A stretch of 64,000 nucleotides of DNA from Cycas panzhihuaensis. Taxonomy: Eukaryota; Plantae; Cycadophyta. Positions 52,037 to 64,000 of the stretch are shown here, in pieces (the stretch's first letter is position 1; each line of letters starts with the position of its first letter). The notes beneath the pieces are model-generated. The model was not told the DNA's origin, searched no databases, and worked only from the letters and a program-made list of their open reading frames with translations. Location: NCBI GenBank assembly GCA_023213395.1, contig CM041465.1, positions 186,875,741 to 186,939,740 on the forward strand. The letters run 5' to 3'. Position numbers and translations under genes: made by a program.

Positions 52037-54942
52037 TAATACACCACTTTAACTTTATGCACAATTGCATGCCACTTTTCGCAACATATAAACACCATCT
52101 ATGTATCTCATATCATACACTTTTTTGTCTAATTAACCCCTCTATTTGCCATACAACTCTATAATAGCATTTGTATAACTAGTAATATTTATAATCGCTA
52201 AGTTGCGAGTACAAATATAAGACAAAGGTTTCTCATCTCACACCATTCAAAAGCATATAAACTCTCCTAACTTCAAGTATCTTAAAAGTTCTAGAATATT
52301 AGCCTTCAATATAGACAACATTGACATAGAGAAAGGGTCAAGTAAGCTTAGCCCCACTCCATGTGTTTCTTCTCTAGTGTTCATAGGACACCCACTCGTC
52401 AAAGCATGTTATAAATCCTAATCTATGACCACCTAAAATACACCAAAGGTTCTCTTATTAGCAATTGCCTTCTACAAGTAACAAACAACCATCATATAGG
52501 ATCCTTTGCCTCCTTACTCATTGGACATACTTCTTGCTACTAGGATATATCATATATCTTCCTATCTAATAGACTAGAAGAACTTGACATGGTTCTCTTA
52601 AGCCACCATGGACCTTCTCCTTCATTTCCATTAAAGTCCATGAAATTGGAAACAACTCCCTCTAAAAATAGGACTTGATAAACTCTATTATCTATAAAAT
52701 GTTGTTTGTATTATTTAGAATTAAGAATTTTTTGGTCAATTTTAGCATTTTTATAATGTAAGTGTAGATTTCTACTCATTTTATACACCAAGTTATACAA
52801 GGAGGATTTTTTAAGTTTCTAATTTCTTCTCCATGTATATCTTTCTATGTACGTTTATAACATGCTTATACATGTTTGTAGCAGGTCAAAAGCTATGAAT
52901 GGACTTCAACTACCTAGCATAATCCTTTTTGGCATACTAATAGAAGTTAGCACTCAAAAGCCAAGTTCTTCCATTGCGACTTAACATACTATATTTTTAT
53001 GTTCTCAATACACTATGTATAATTAAGGGATGCTTAAAGGATAGTTGCAAGAATGTCATTTGTGGAACACTACTTAAGGAACAATTGACAAGAGTGCAAC
53101 CCATGGAAGAATGCCAATAGAACGTAAGTTGAATACATATGAAATGGTACATGTATGGGAGTGTCAAGTGCCAGCAAATTGACTTTAGAATAACACATAT
53201 AATAGAACAAGTCTAAAATGGCACGTGGTGGAATGATTACAGGAACAACATCTATAGTAATGCTTGTTAGTTGTTATAGAACTCTTGTCTTTATCCTTGT
53301 GACTCATTAATTGGTATCATAACACTATCATCTCCCTTAGGACATGTTAAATGGCATCAAAGCTCTATCTCCTCCCCAACTACATGTCAATTGGTATCAG
53401 AGTTTTATCATTTCCTTCATTGTCCATCATGGTTAATCTAAAGTACAAGAAATAAAATATTTTTGGGGGGGAATTTTTAGTTATCATAGTAATGCAAAAA
53501 AAAAGTAACAATACAATTTAATGATCTAAGAAAATTCAACTTGGTAGTAGCATAAGATCTAGCGACATGAATCAAAGGGACTAAAGACATAAAAAACAAA
53601 CCTATTGACACTTATAAAGAAGCAAACTCAAAAGCAAGAATGGTAGCACACAAGTAGATGTTACTAAGGTAGTTATAATTATGCATATAAAAGTGAAGTA
53701 TAGTTATAAAGAAGTTTGGTTGGGGGGGGAGGAAGAGGGGAGGGTTAGAAACTACTAGCCAAATCCATAATTATAAATATATACTTACAAATAATAATAA
53801 AAGACATATTCCTCATAATTATAATCTATTCTAGATCATAAATTCTAATATTAGAGCTAAGCAAAGCTGAAGATAATTTGTTAGAAGTAAAAGTAAATGG
53901 TTTAAACACAGGCTAAATATATCAAGGAAGGTTGAATTCCCCAATAATTGGCATTACTAATAATGTGACTTCAAAGGACCAAGAGTGAAGAAGTGGGCAG
54001 TATGAAATTAGATGATGAAAATATTAGGGGAACAAATTCCCTAGAGGCAAAGATAAAAACGATGAAAAAAGAGGCAAATAATTTTCATGGAGAAATAAGA
54101 AACCAAATGATACAGATGCTACAAGCCCTATACCTACAAACTGTAAAGACAATGTTACCTATTATGGAGCCGAAAACATATGACCTTCTCAATGTATCTA
54201 TGACTTTAAAGGTAAAAACAAATATGGAAATTCTAATGTATGATGCCATGGGAGCTATGGACGCGCTTGATAATTGGCTGAGGTAAATGGAGGTATATTT
54301 TCCTTATCAAAATTATATTGATGCACAAAGTTTTTACTTAGCTAAAGATGGAAAGGTATGGGTTGTCATGGTGGGAGTGTTTAGTCAAGATATGAGGAAA
54401 ATAAAATAGAGTACCCAATATGTTATGGGGTACTTTTAAGATGACTATCAATAGTATGTTATATGATAGATTATCTTCATGATCTGTAATAATAATGATA
54501 ATATTTAAGGTAAAAACTCAAATAAAGTATACAATCTTATTTCAAAATTTTTCAATAACTAACTATTAAGTTGGAAGCCAATGTTGAGGATCAAACCTTA
54601 ATGTTGAAATATATGGGAGAACTTTTCTTCCATATTCAAAAAGAATTGGAGTTATTGGAAGCCCTTGTATACAAAGAAGCAGTGCAAAAAACAATCATGA
54701 TAGAAGGGGAGTTAAAATGTAGGGATCCAATTCCACTCAACAAGGCAAGTCCCTCATGTCAAGTGTATCAAAATCAAAGAAGTTCTTAGCCAAATAAAAA
54801 TCAATCAAACATTGATCAATAGCCACTAGAGTGATAAGAAATATATATCAAGTATTGTGAGAAACCCAAGCACACAAATACTAATTATTGGAACTACATC
54901 CAAAGTGTAAGCCTAGGTAAACTCTAGAGGCTTAAGTATAAA

Positions 54943-57900
54943 TGTTACATGCCAATTCCCCTAAATAGACCAAGGCACTTTTCAAAATGAAAAAATATTG
55001 AGTATTTTATTACAATTATGATATTGAAATAAATAGAACCAAGCTATACCATATGGATAATACCATAAAGTTTCTCGTTGGCTTCAAAACAAGTGGTTGC
55101 AAACCTTAAACAAATACCATATGAAGAAGTTATGACTATTTGAAATTTGTAATCCTAAATGCAGATTATTGAAGGCCAACTTCAAGGCTGACCTAACCTA
55201 CAATATCATGGATTCTTTTATGAGAATTAGATGTGTGACTTATATAAATAGTGGTTCGGTCATTTAGAAACTTATGCTTTTAGATTTTATTTGTTTCTTC
55301 ACTTATTTGAGAGAAGACTTTATTTGGCAAGCACCCCTCCTTCAAAGAGGGACAAGCTTTTATGAAAGCTTTGTAGAAGGCACTTACAAAAGTTTTGTAA
55401 TAAAGATAATTTTTATTATTAAATGTTATTTCATTTTTAATTATAAAATTATCATATTTGCTATTATTCTATTTCCTTATGCATTATCATAATTGTTATT
55501 ATATCAGTATTTCTTCTTTTCGATGCAATTCAGAATGGTCATTAGCATGTTTTTACCCATATATTTTGGTATTCAATAGTATTTGAGTATTTCTATTATC
55601 ATCTACTATTGAAATCAATGAACAACCTTGTGAGATCCACCATAAATGGTACTAGAGCATGGTTTTGTCCATTTATGGTTTTATCACATATTTACAATTT
55701 TAGACATGCAAATAATCAAATTTGAGAAGAACGACAACTAGTTTGAGATAACTGAACTTGTGCCATAAAGTTTGAGTTACTATATTACAAGTTTTAAAGC
55801 CAAATTATAAAATTTATAAGAGTTTCAACCTCAATATGATATCCACTACTATTTATAAAGCCCAAAATCTGCCACTACAAATTTGGCAACTATAATAAGA
55901 GTGGCATTTGATTAAGCTTAGTTCTTTTTTTAGTACACCCACCTTAAAGTTTAAAAGTGATTTCAAACACGTCAAATATTAGAATCAATAATTATCAATA
56001 ATTTAGTAACAAGTACTACAATTATCCCCAAAACCTTAAATTTCATCAACTTCAAAAGATTATTACATAAATTACAAGTCCTCAAATCATCCCAAACCAA
56101 ATTCATTAGAAGTGTTTTTCCATTACATTTGTTTCAAAGATTCCATCTAGTTTTTATAATTAGAATACAAGTTATTTTAATCAAGTGATAAAGTTCTATT
56201 TTGCCTTAAACTTTTAATAAATGTATATCAAGAATTTTTTTTGGCAAATTATTTCAATAAGCAATCATTTTGTTGATTTTGTAAAATTAAAAAAAAAAAT
56301 GGAAATACCAGTATACTTGGTTGAGAGATACGTAGATTCTCATGAGTGGCTAATAGAGATCTGAAATTCCTTCCAAACACATATTATTACTAACATCCCT
56401 AAGCATATCACATTCGCTATTAAACATTTAGCAAGACAAATAAACTATCAACCATAATTTGGAGAATGAAAAACCTAAGAATTGTAAATTTTAAAAGATT
56501 TAAAGATGCTCTTATGGGAATGATTAAAAACTGTTAGAGCATTATTTCCCTAATGTGTTAAGCTAAGTCCAACCAATTAAAGAGTCAAACCAAACAAATA
56601 TCAAGAAAAACTAGTTGAAATGCATAAACTAAGAAATGAAGAGTTTACTTATGAGAAGTTTAAAGAATAAATAATTAAGATACAAGAACCAAATGATGAA
56701 GAATCCACTTATGAGTAGAATGAAGAAGGAACAATTGAAATGCATAAACTAATCAAGGGAGAATCCACCTATAAAGAATATGAAAAGAAAAATGTTAATA
56801 TATATGAATTGTTGAGAAACCTAGGTCCCAATAACTAGAAACCACCACCAAAATCTAAACTATTTTACAACTAATTATAAGAATTGAAACTAAAATTTTA
56901 CATACAAGTTCTTAAACATGAGATAATATAATAAATAAATTAAAAAAATAAAGCATCACATGTACACCAGATATAACGTAATAAAACCCTAGCAGTGTGC
57001 TGAGAAAATATTCACACAAGAAATGTAGCAATCTTTATTATCCAAGAATGGAAAAGCGTACATAATCTGTAACAAAATACTCACAGCAACAACTAGTTGT
57101 CTCTTCTCAATACAATACATCCAATACATTGAATACCATCAACATAATAAAAAAACACCCTAAATCAGGCTATATGAGAAAATCATACAAGACACAAATC
57201 TCGATCATCAAATTTGAAGTATTTTTAGTGAACAATCATGATTCTCTTTATAATTTAGTATGTTTTATAGTGCTAGCTTTTTAGGTGATCCCAAAGTAGA
57301 GCTTAACTAGTGAAGAAATCAATTATCAATCTTTCTCCTTGAGATCTTGGGAGTTAGTGTAGAAATTCTAATAACATCAAAATAAGAATGAGCCCACAAA
57401 AAGAAATTCTACACCAAATCATTTATACTTGCCATTGTTCTAAAAGTAAGAAAAGTAATACTTTTATTAAACTATAAAAATCTCCATTTAATGGTGAAGA
57501 AAACAACTAGCAAAAGAATGGTCAAGTTACAAAGAATAGATGATACAATTATACCATAAGGGGGACTCCAACCCTCCAAATACTTCCCCAAGGATGCTTC
57601 CCAACTCAAGTGCCTTTCACATTCGAGAACCAAGTCTCCAACTACGTAAATGAGCTCAAGAGGGCTCAATTTATAAAAAGAAACCCAAATTGCATGTTTA
57701 ACAAGTGGCAATCATGCAAGTATAACCACTAACAACCAAAATGCATGTTGTCCAAGTGTCATTCATGCAATTCTAAAAAGTTGCGACTTGTACCTAAGCT
57801 TAACGAACTCTAATTTGGCTCAAATTTGGTACATGTATAGGAACATATGTCCCTTTCGCTTCCTCTAAATTTTAGCTCATTTGGATATCATTTCACCACA

Positions 57901-60568
57901 TTTCATTGATTTAATAATAGTATGTATTTGTTGTTTTTCTGTTGGCTGTGGGATCAATTTTCTGCAAAACAATGCTTGAAATCTAATCAAATGATATTTT
58001 CTGAACCCCACCTTTTGCACACATGTAGTGGGATGTGTCTTCTTCCTTTCCACAAAATTTCATATAAATTTGATACCATTTGGCCCTATCTCTTTCAGTT
58101 ATGCCAATGCCTAGTATTTTCTTCATCCTGTAGACATATGGTAGATCCTCCTAGCATTTTCTACCTCCTATAAACATATGGTAGATCCTCCTGGATCATT
58201 GGGTTTGGGGCTACCACCCCCAAACCCCCCATTTACGGAGGGGAGTTCCAGCTCCCCCTACATCCCCTGACCAAGGGAGGCTCTCACCCCCCTTGGATCC
58301 CCCCGCAAATGTTTAGGAAGGAAACTGCATTACTAACTTATAAAAAATTTTGCCTCCAAAATATTATTGTCACATTATCTAATATGAATTATATAAAACA
58401 AAAATAATTTCAATAAAATATAAAGATGAATTAACATCAAAATTAGGGCAACACATTAACTCAAATGAGATAACTATTAAAAGATCAAACCTTGTTATAC
58501 TTTCTTTCTTTTTTTCTTTTTTTTTTTATAATTCCTCTTAAATCTCTACTTCATGTGGCTATAGAGAGCCCCATATCCCTTACTTATGAAGAATCTATAG
58601 TTGATATTCATCCTTCTCGTTATCATGATGTCCTCATTCCTCTCATTAATTTCCAACTTTTATCTTCGAAATGAACCAACATTTATACTTTTCATACTTA
58701 GTTTTTTTCCTCTCATTTTCTTCCACCTTCCAATTTTTTCTATTTTTTCCCTCATCACCTTTATCACTTATCACCCATGCTTCAAACTTCATTTCCTATC
58801 TCTCCCTCTCCTACCCATACAAAATGTCCATCATACTAAACTCACGTCGATTACCTCTCCATCTCCTTCATAAACTACCTTATTAAATCCATGCTTACCT
58901 ATAACACCCTATTCCTATCTTACCATAATCCCACCATGTAATTTTCATCACCCCTAATCACCTCACACTCAAGTTCCATTCCCTACATACTCTCTTACCC
59001 CTTATGTTTTCTCTAATTCCCTATGCTTCTCATCTCTTAATCCCCAACCTAAGCTACATTCTCCCCTATCATCCCATCTTCCCTCTAAACTCCTTTCCCA
59101 TATAGGATGTCCATTGTACCAACCAACTTGATTCCCATTTACTATGTACCCATCTTATATGTTTATATCTAAACTCTTCATTTCCATGACACCTCCATCA
59201 TATTCCTTGTTTCTTATCCATTATTCATGTTAACTTCATTTCCATGTCCCTAAGCAATTTTCACTATTTAATGGTGAATCCTTACAAATACAATATGAAA
59301 GTAGCATATAAGATCTCAAGCAAGATGAAACCATAACTCAAAGGCCCCATGATCTATAAAATGCATGGAATGTTATTTCAATACCACAAGATCCTAATAG
59401 TGTCCAAAGGCTAGACATAAAGAAGAAAGATATAAATCTTTCTGCAATAAAGGTTACTTTATAAGAGAGACAAGTTCCAAAAGGTAAGTACATCCCACTA
59501 GCAAGACATCACATGGAAACAAAGTTACAAGGCATGGTAGTATCAACATAAGAATATCTACATGTACTTTTAAATCATTTAAAACCTTGAATACAATAAT
59601 ATATAAGCAATAACCAATCTCAAGAGATGACCCATGGTATTCATTAAAGCTTAAATTTGAAAATGCTTTGAGGAAGAAGCATGTCAAAAAGGGAGAAATT
59701 GTCATATGTTGTGAATGATCGATTTATGACCAAGGTGATAAAGCGAAACCAACCCTTAAATACATGCACAAAGTTTCAATACAAAGCAAATCATAGTGAA
59801 AACATCATCTACCTATATCCATACTTTGAGGGCAAAGCATATTGAAAATAGGAGAAAAGTATTATGTATCGGTACTTCTAAATAAACCAGGACACCTTTC
59901 AAAATGAAAAAATATTGAATATTTTATAATTATGGTATTGAAATAGATACAATTAAGTTATACAACATGGACATTAGCATAGAGTTTCTTATTGGCTCTA
60001 AAATGAGTGATCATGGAGCCCAAAATAGACATCAAATAAAGAAGTTATAACTATCTAAATTTTGTAACCCTAAATGCAAATTATTAGAGGTTGCTTTTAA
60101 GGACAACTTAGCCTAAAATATTTTATGAAAAATAAATGTGAAACCTATATAACGAGTGGTTAGGTTATTTAAAATATTATATTTTTGAATTTCATTTGTT
60201 TCTTCACTCTTTTGAGGGGAGTCTTTATTGGTGAAACTCTCTTGCCTTAAAGAGAAACAAGTTTTTATAAAGAGATATCAGTTTTTATGCAAGACTCCTA
60301 TGAAAACTTCGTGAAAGACTCTTAAGAAGCTTTGTAATAAAAATAAACTTGAATGTCATTTCATGCTTTACTGTGAAGTTATCATATTTGTTATTATTTC
60401 CTTTTTTAATGCATTATAATTGATATTATACTAATATTTCTTTTCAATGCACTTTGAAGTGGTTATAGACATTCCTTTGATCCAATATTTTGGTATTTGT
60501 TAGTACTTGAGCATTTATATTGTTGTTTACTGTTGGAATCAGTGAACAACCTTGTGAAGTCTGGCATA
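54943..60568 (+). mobile_element. Non-autonomous gypsy-type LTR element K, nested between gag and protease of J
   Basis: LTRs 54943-55644 and 59860-60568; PBS TGGTACTAGAGC at 55647-55658; purine tract before 59860; TSD ATAAA/AGAAA. Only a Gag-like remnant at ~56300-56900. Confidence 0.87.
56919..58453 (-). repeat. Probable copia-type solo LTR inside element K
   Basis: Candidate TG...CA ends; CACCAGATATAACGT..AAAACCCT motif shared with the LTRs of G and I; GC-rich hairpin cluster near 58.2 kb. No convincing TSD. Confidence 0.45.
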
Positions 60569-63500
60569 AGAAACAGAAGAACCACTAGACAATTTAAGTT
60601 TAGGCCTAATACGTTAAGGGGAACAACACACATTAATGATAACTCCAAAAAGTGAAAAAGATGAAAAAATAATAACTTTTCACAATTAAAATACAGACTA
60701 AAAAGAGGTAGGTTGATATAGTTTTTGACCCTAGTAGTTAAAAGAACTTAATATCAAAAGTCATTGTTAAGGTACCATATTTGACGACTAAGGAACACCG
60801 TAACCCATACACTTTATAATGCGTTAATAAGGGTACTAAAGAAAAGGTTACTAAGCAATGCTAATTTACGCTCTCCATCTCAAGAAAATATAATGATAAA
60901 CTTTAATGTGCCGCAATGCCACTAGATATGTGTGGAGTTTATTTTGGGCAATTCACATATTTGGGATAGAGATAGCGTGTATTGACATAAGCTTAATCAA
61001 TACAAATTAATTAACAATGGAAGAGCTTAAACTATAAATGCATAAAAGAAGTTAACTACCTTATTGTTCATATTTGAAGCCCAAACCAAGTAACAGGTGA
61101 ATGTTGCTTAGAAATTTATGTTGTTAGTAACGAAGCCAAGGACAAATCATGAAGAAGTGGAAAGCAGGTCATTGCTTATTGTTATTGAAATAGAATAGCA
61201 ATAGAAATAATTTGCCAATGTGTTAACACGGTATAAAGATGTCTTCAAGAAACTCGTTGAATTAGCACCACAAAGGCCTATCTTTCATGACATTGAATTA
61301 TAGTCCAAAGTGGTGTTACCCAATGCCCCATTGTATAGGATATCAATACTTAAAAACTTGGAAATTAAAATTTAGCTTGAAAAACTCATCCAAAAAAGAC
61401 ATACACAACTTAATTGAACACCATGTGGATCTCCAATTGTCTTAATGCCAAAGAAAGATGGCTCTCAACAAATGTGCCTAGATCATCAAACTTTAAATAA
61501 GGCTAGGATTAAAAATAGATATCCTTTACCATGCATTGTGAATATGATTGACCAACTCTAGGGAGCTAAATATTTCAATAAAATTGACCTGAAATTAGAA
61601 TATCACCAAATTCAAGTGCAAAAAGTAAGTGCTTGTAAGACAATACTGAAAACCATGCACAGTTCATATGAGTGGTTGGTAATGTCGTTTGGGATGTTCA
61701 CAACCTCTGACACCTTTATGAGACCTATGAATGATGATATACACCTATATCTAAATGAAATTGTAATTGTCTACCTAGACAATATTATAATCTTTAGTAA
61801 ATATTGGTTGAAACATGTACAACATAGTAAAGTAATATTACTACTACTACAATAGCATAAATTACAAGCCAATATTTTAAAATTTGATTTTGCTATGAAA
61901 TCCTCGATATGCCTAGGGTACCTGATAGATGCAAGTGGATTGCATACTAGCCCAACAAAAAGAAGTATTATTCCATATTGCCCAACCACCAAGAAATGTT
62001 ATTAAACTTAAAAACTTCCTAAGTATGACTAATTATTGAAGGAAATTCATTTGCAAAATATGTTGATATTATACCTCCACTAAATAATCTGTTAAAAAAT
62101 ACTACAACATTTTGTTGAAAAAATAATCATCAAAAGACCTTTGAAAAGCTAAAGGGAAAGGGCACTATTGCATTAGTCTTAACCCTACGCAATGTTAGAC
62201 AAGCATTTGACATAGAAGCAAATGCCTCGACAATAGTAACAGGAATGTCATGATTGTGACAAGGACAACCAATCACTTATCATTCTAAAACCTTTTCAAG
62301 GACAATTCTAAATTTCTCCACTTATTATAAAGAGATGCATGCACTAGACCAAGCAATAAAACAATGGAGACACTACTTACGAAAAAAAGAAACAATCATC
62401 CATACCAACTATCAACTTACAATATTTGTAGACTCAATGAAAACTATAGAATAGCCAACATCTAAGATGGGCTAGTTATTTGCAACAATTTAACCTTGTA
62501 ATAAAGTACAAAAAAGGGGTGCAAAATAAAATAGCAAAATTACTTTCTCATTCACAAATACTTAATTCAAACTCCATGGTAGAATTACAATGTTTTCAAT
62601 TTGAAGAATCCAAAGAGCTATATGCTATAAATAATAACTTTGGCATAGTCATGCCAACTTTGAAAAACTTGACATGTCTTAAAAACAAATCTTATAAAGA
62701 CTATTGGAGAAAGAATAGGCTATTATACAAATTACTTTAAGTGTGCCACAATTAAGTTATGGGAACCAATTAATCCAAAAGGGCCATCATTGAATATAGT
62801 CTAACAATTTAGAGTTCAAAAGACTTTCAACAACTTACAAAGATACTTCTATTAGCCCAAGATGGTTGTAGAAGTTAAGATATTTATTAAAGGTTGTGCA
62901 TTATGCAACATATCAAAACCTACCAATCAAAAGTTGGGACCATACATGCCTCCCCTAGTACCAACTAAGCCTTGGAAATCTACATCCATAGACTTTTTGA
63001 GGGGTCTACCAACTCCTGAAAAACAAAATGATTACCTATTTGTGATAGTTGACAAATTGAACAAAATGACAATACTTATAAAAATACACTAATTAGGCAA
63101 CAAATTGCAAATTTATTGTTCTCCCATGCATGGGTACAATTTGGATTACCCAAGCCCATTATCTTAGCCCAAGATATTTGATTCTCGCACCATTTTTGGA
63201 CCACATTGTGGACTATAATGGACACCTGATTAAAAAGAGGATGGTCAAACTAAGGTAGTAAATTGAGCTATAGTACAATTGATTCATATGTATAACCATA
63301 ATCATATGTGGATTTGGCATGATGTCATCCCTTACAACATTGTTATAATCAAGCAATATATAGCAGTTTAACGCAAAAGTCTCCACTTGAAGTTAGTTTG
63401 GAATTTCAACTACATACAATTTGGAGCTTGTTTTGTCATCACTAGAGCCTAAACTTGCAAAAGGAACTTAATTTCTAAAACATTCAAGACAAGTGCAAAC

Positions 63501-64000
63501 ATAGATACATAATATATTGTTAAAAATACAACAAAGCATGACCAACACCAATGACAACATAACTTCCATGTGGGAGATAAGGTATTGTTACATTTGCCTA
63601 GTGCATAATTTAAGAAAAAAGATGTGAAAGCTCAAACCATGCATTATAAACCTTTCAAGATAATAGGACAAATTGCTGAAAACGCATTCAAATTAGATCT
63701 ATTGTAGTGCATAAGAATACATCATATTTTTAATGTTAATAGTCTTAAACTATATGAACCTTCAATATTGAATTAGATTGAAGAGGAAATAACCTTAACT
63801 TTGCCTAAAGGGCTCATACTCAAAGATACCAATATACTATAGGTTGACAATATCCTACAAACCAAGTAAAGGAAAACACAAGGACAAGCAAAATTATATA
63901 ACATCAATTAAAATGGGAAAGCACCCTAAGCGAGCAAACTATATAACAAAGATCAAGTAACTATGCACTTCACTGAAGTTTATTGGCAAATGCATGATGA

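Larger units (their letters stand above)
41191..53430 (+). mobile_element. Putative old non-coding gypsy (CRM-like) element with diverged LTR-like repeats ~41191-42065 and ~52676-53430; hosts copia H
   Basis: The two regions are colinear but diverged (e.g. CTCATTTT, AATGGACT, AAAAGC.AAGTT, ACAACATC.ATAGT.ATGC). Both have a candidate TGATA start and end in PBS-like tandem arrays. They could be two separate copies. Confidence 0.5.
53846..64000 (+). mobile_element. Ty3/gypsy element J (gag 53.9-54.9 kb, pol 60.6-64 kb), split by element K, running off the window
   Basis: Degenerate PBS TAATATTAGAGC at 53846-53857; Gag LDNWLR*MEVYF; knuckle CEKPKHT; protease FDPSS*KNLIS; RT PCGSPIVLMPKKDGS and VYLDNIIIFS; integrase CALC and PWKSTSIDFLRGLP; GPF-like tail ~63650. 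LTRs not delimited. Confidence 0.87.

Noticed and set aside
41935-53445. CRISPR-like arrays at the 40-bp repeats
   Set aside because: Plant TE context, the spacers resemble each other, the repeat equals the Met-tRNA PBS, and there are no cas genes.

Overview
This window is AT-rich plant intergenic DNA made almost entirely of decayed, nested LTR retrotransposons, with no intact host gene. I resolve six Ty1/copia elements with gag-pol remnants (1-5160, 5161-17361, 27285-32423, ~33296-38860, 42780-52036, 45345-49343), a Tekay/Del-type chromovirus (19587-~33062), and two other gypsy remnants (~17362-19586 and 53846->64000). There are also two Gag-only non-autonomous elements (6400-11101 and 54943-60568), an old LTR-like pair ending in tandem PBS arrays, and a large compound microsatellite. 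Most boundaries rest on LTR pairs, Met-tRNA PBS, PPT and 5-bp TSDs read by eye. The most interesting locus is the 5' leader of the minus-strand copia at ~33.3-38.9 kb. Directly behind its PBS it carries a fragment of a JMJ706/JMJ13-type JmjC histone demethylase, followed by the C-terminus (with stop codon and probable 3' UTR) of an NPF4-type NRT1/PTR transporter. Both fragments lie antisense to the element transcript. C>T/G>A decay is pervasive, including in non-CG contexts, which suggests a heavily methylated large genome; a gymnosperm is plausible but this is inference only. All protein assignments come from recalled family motifs, not database searches.
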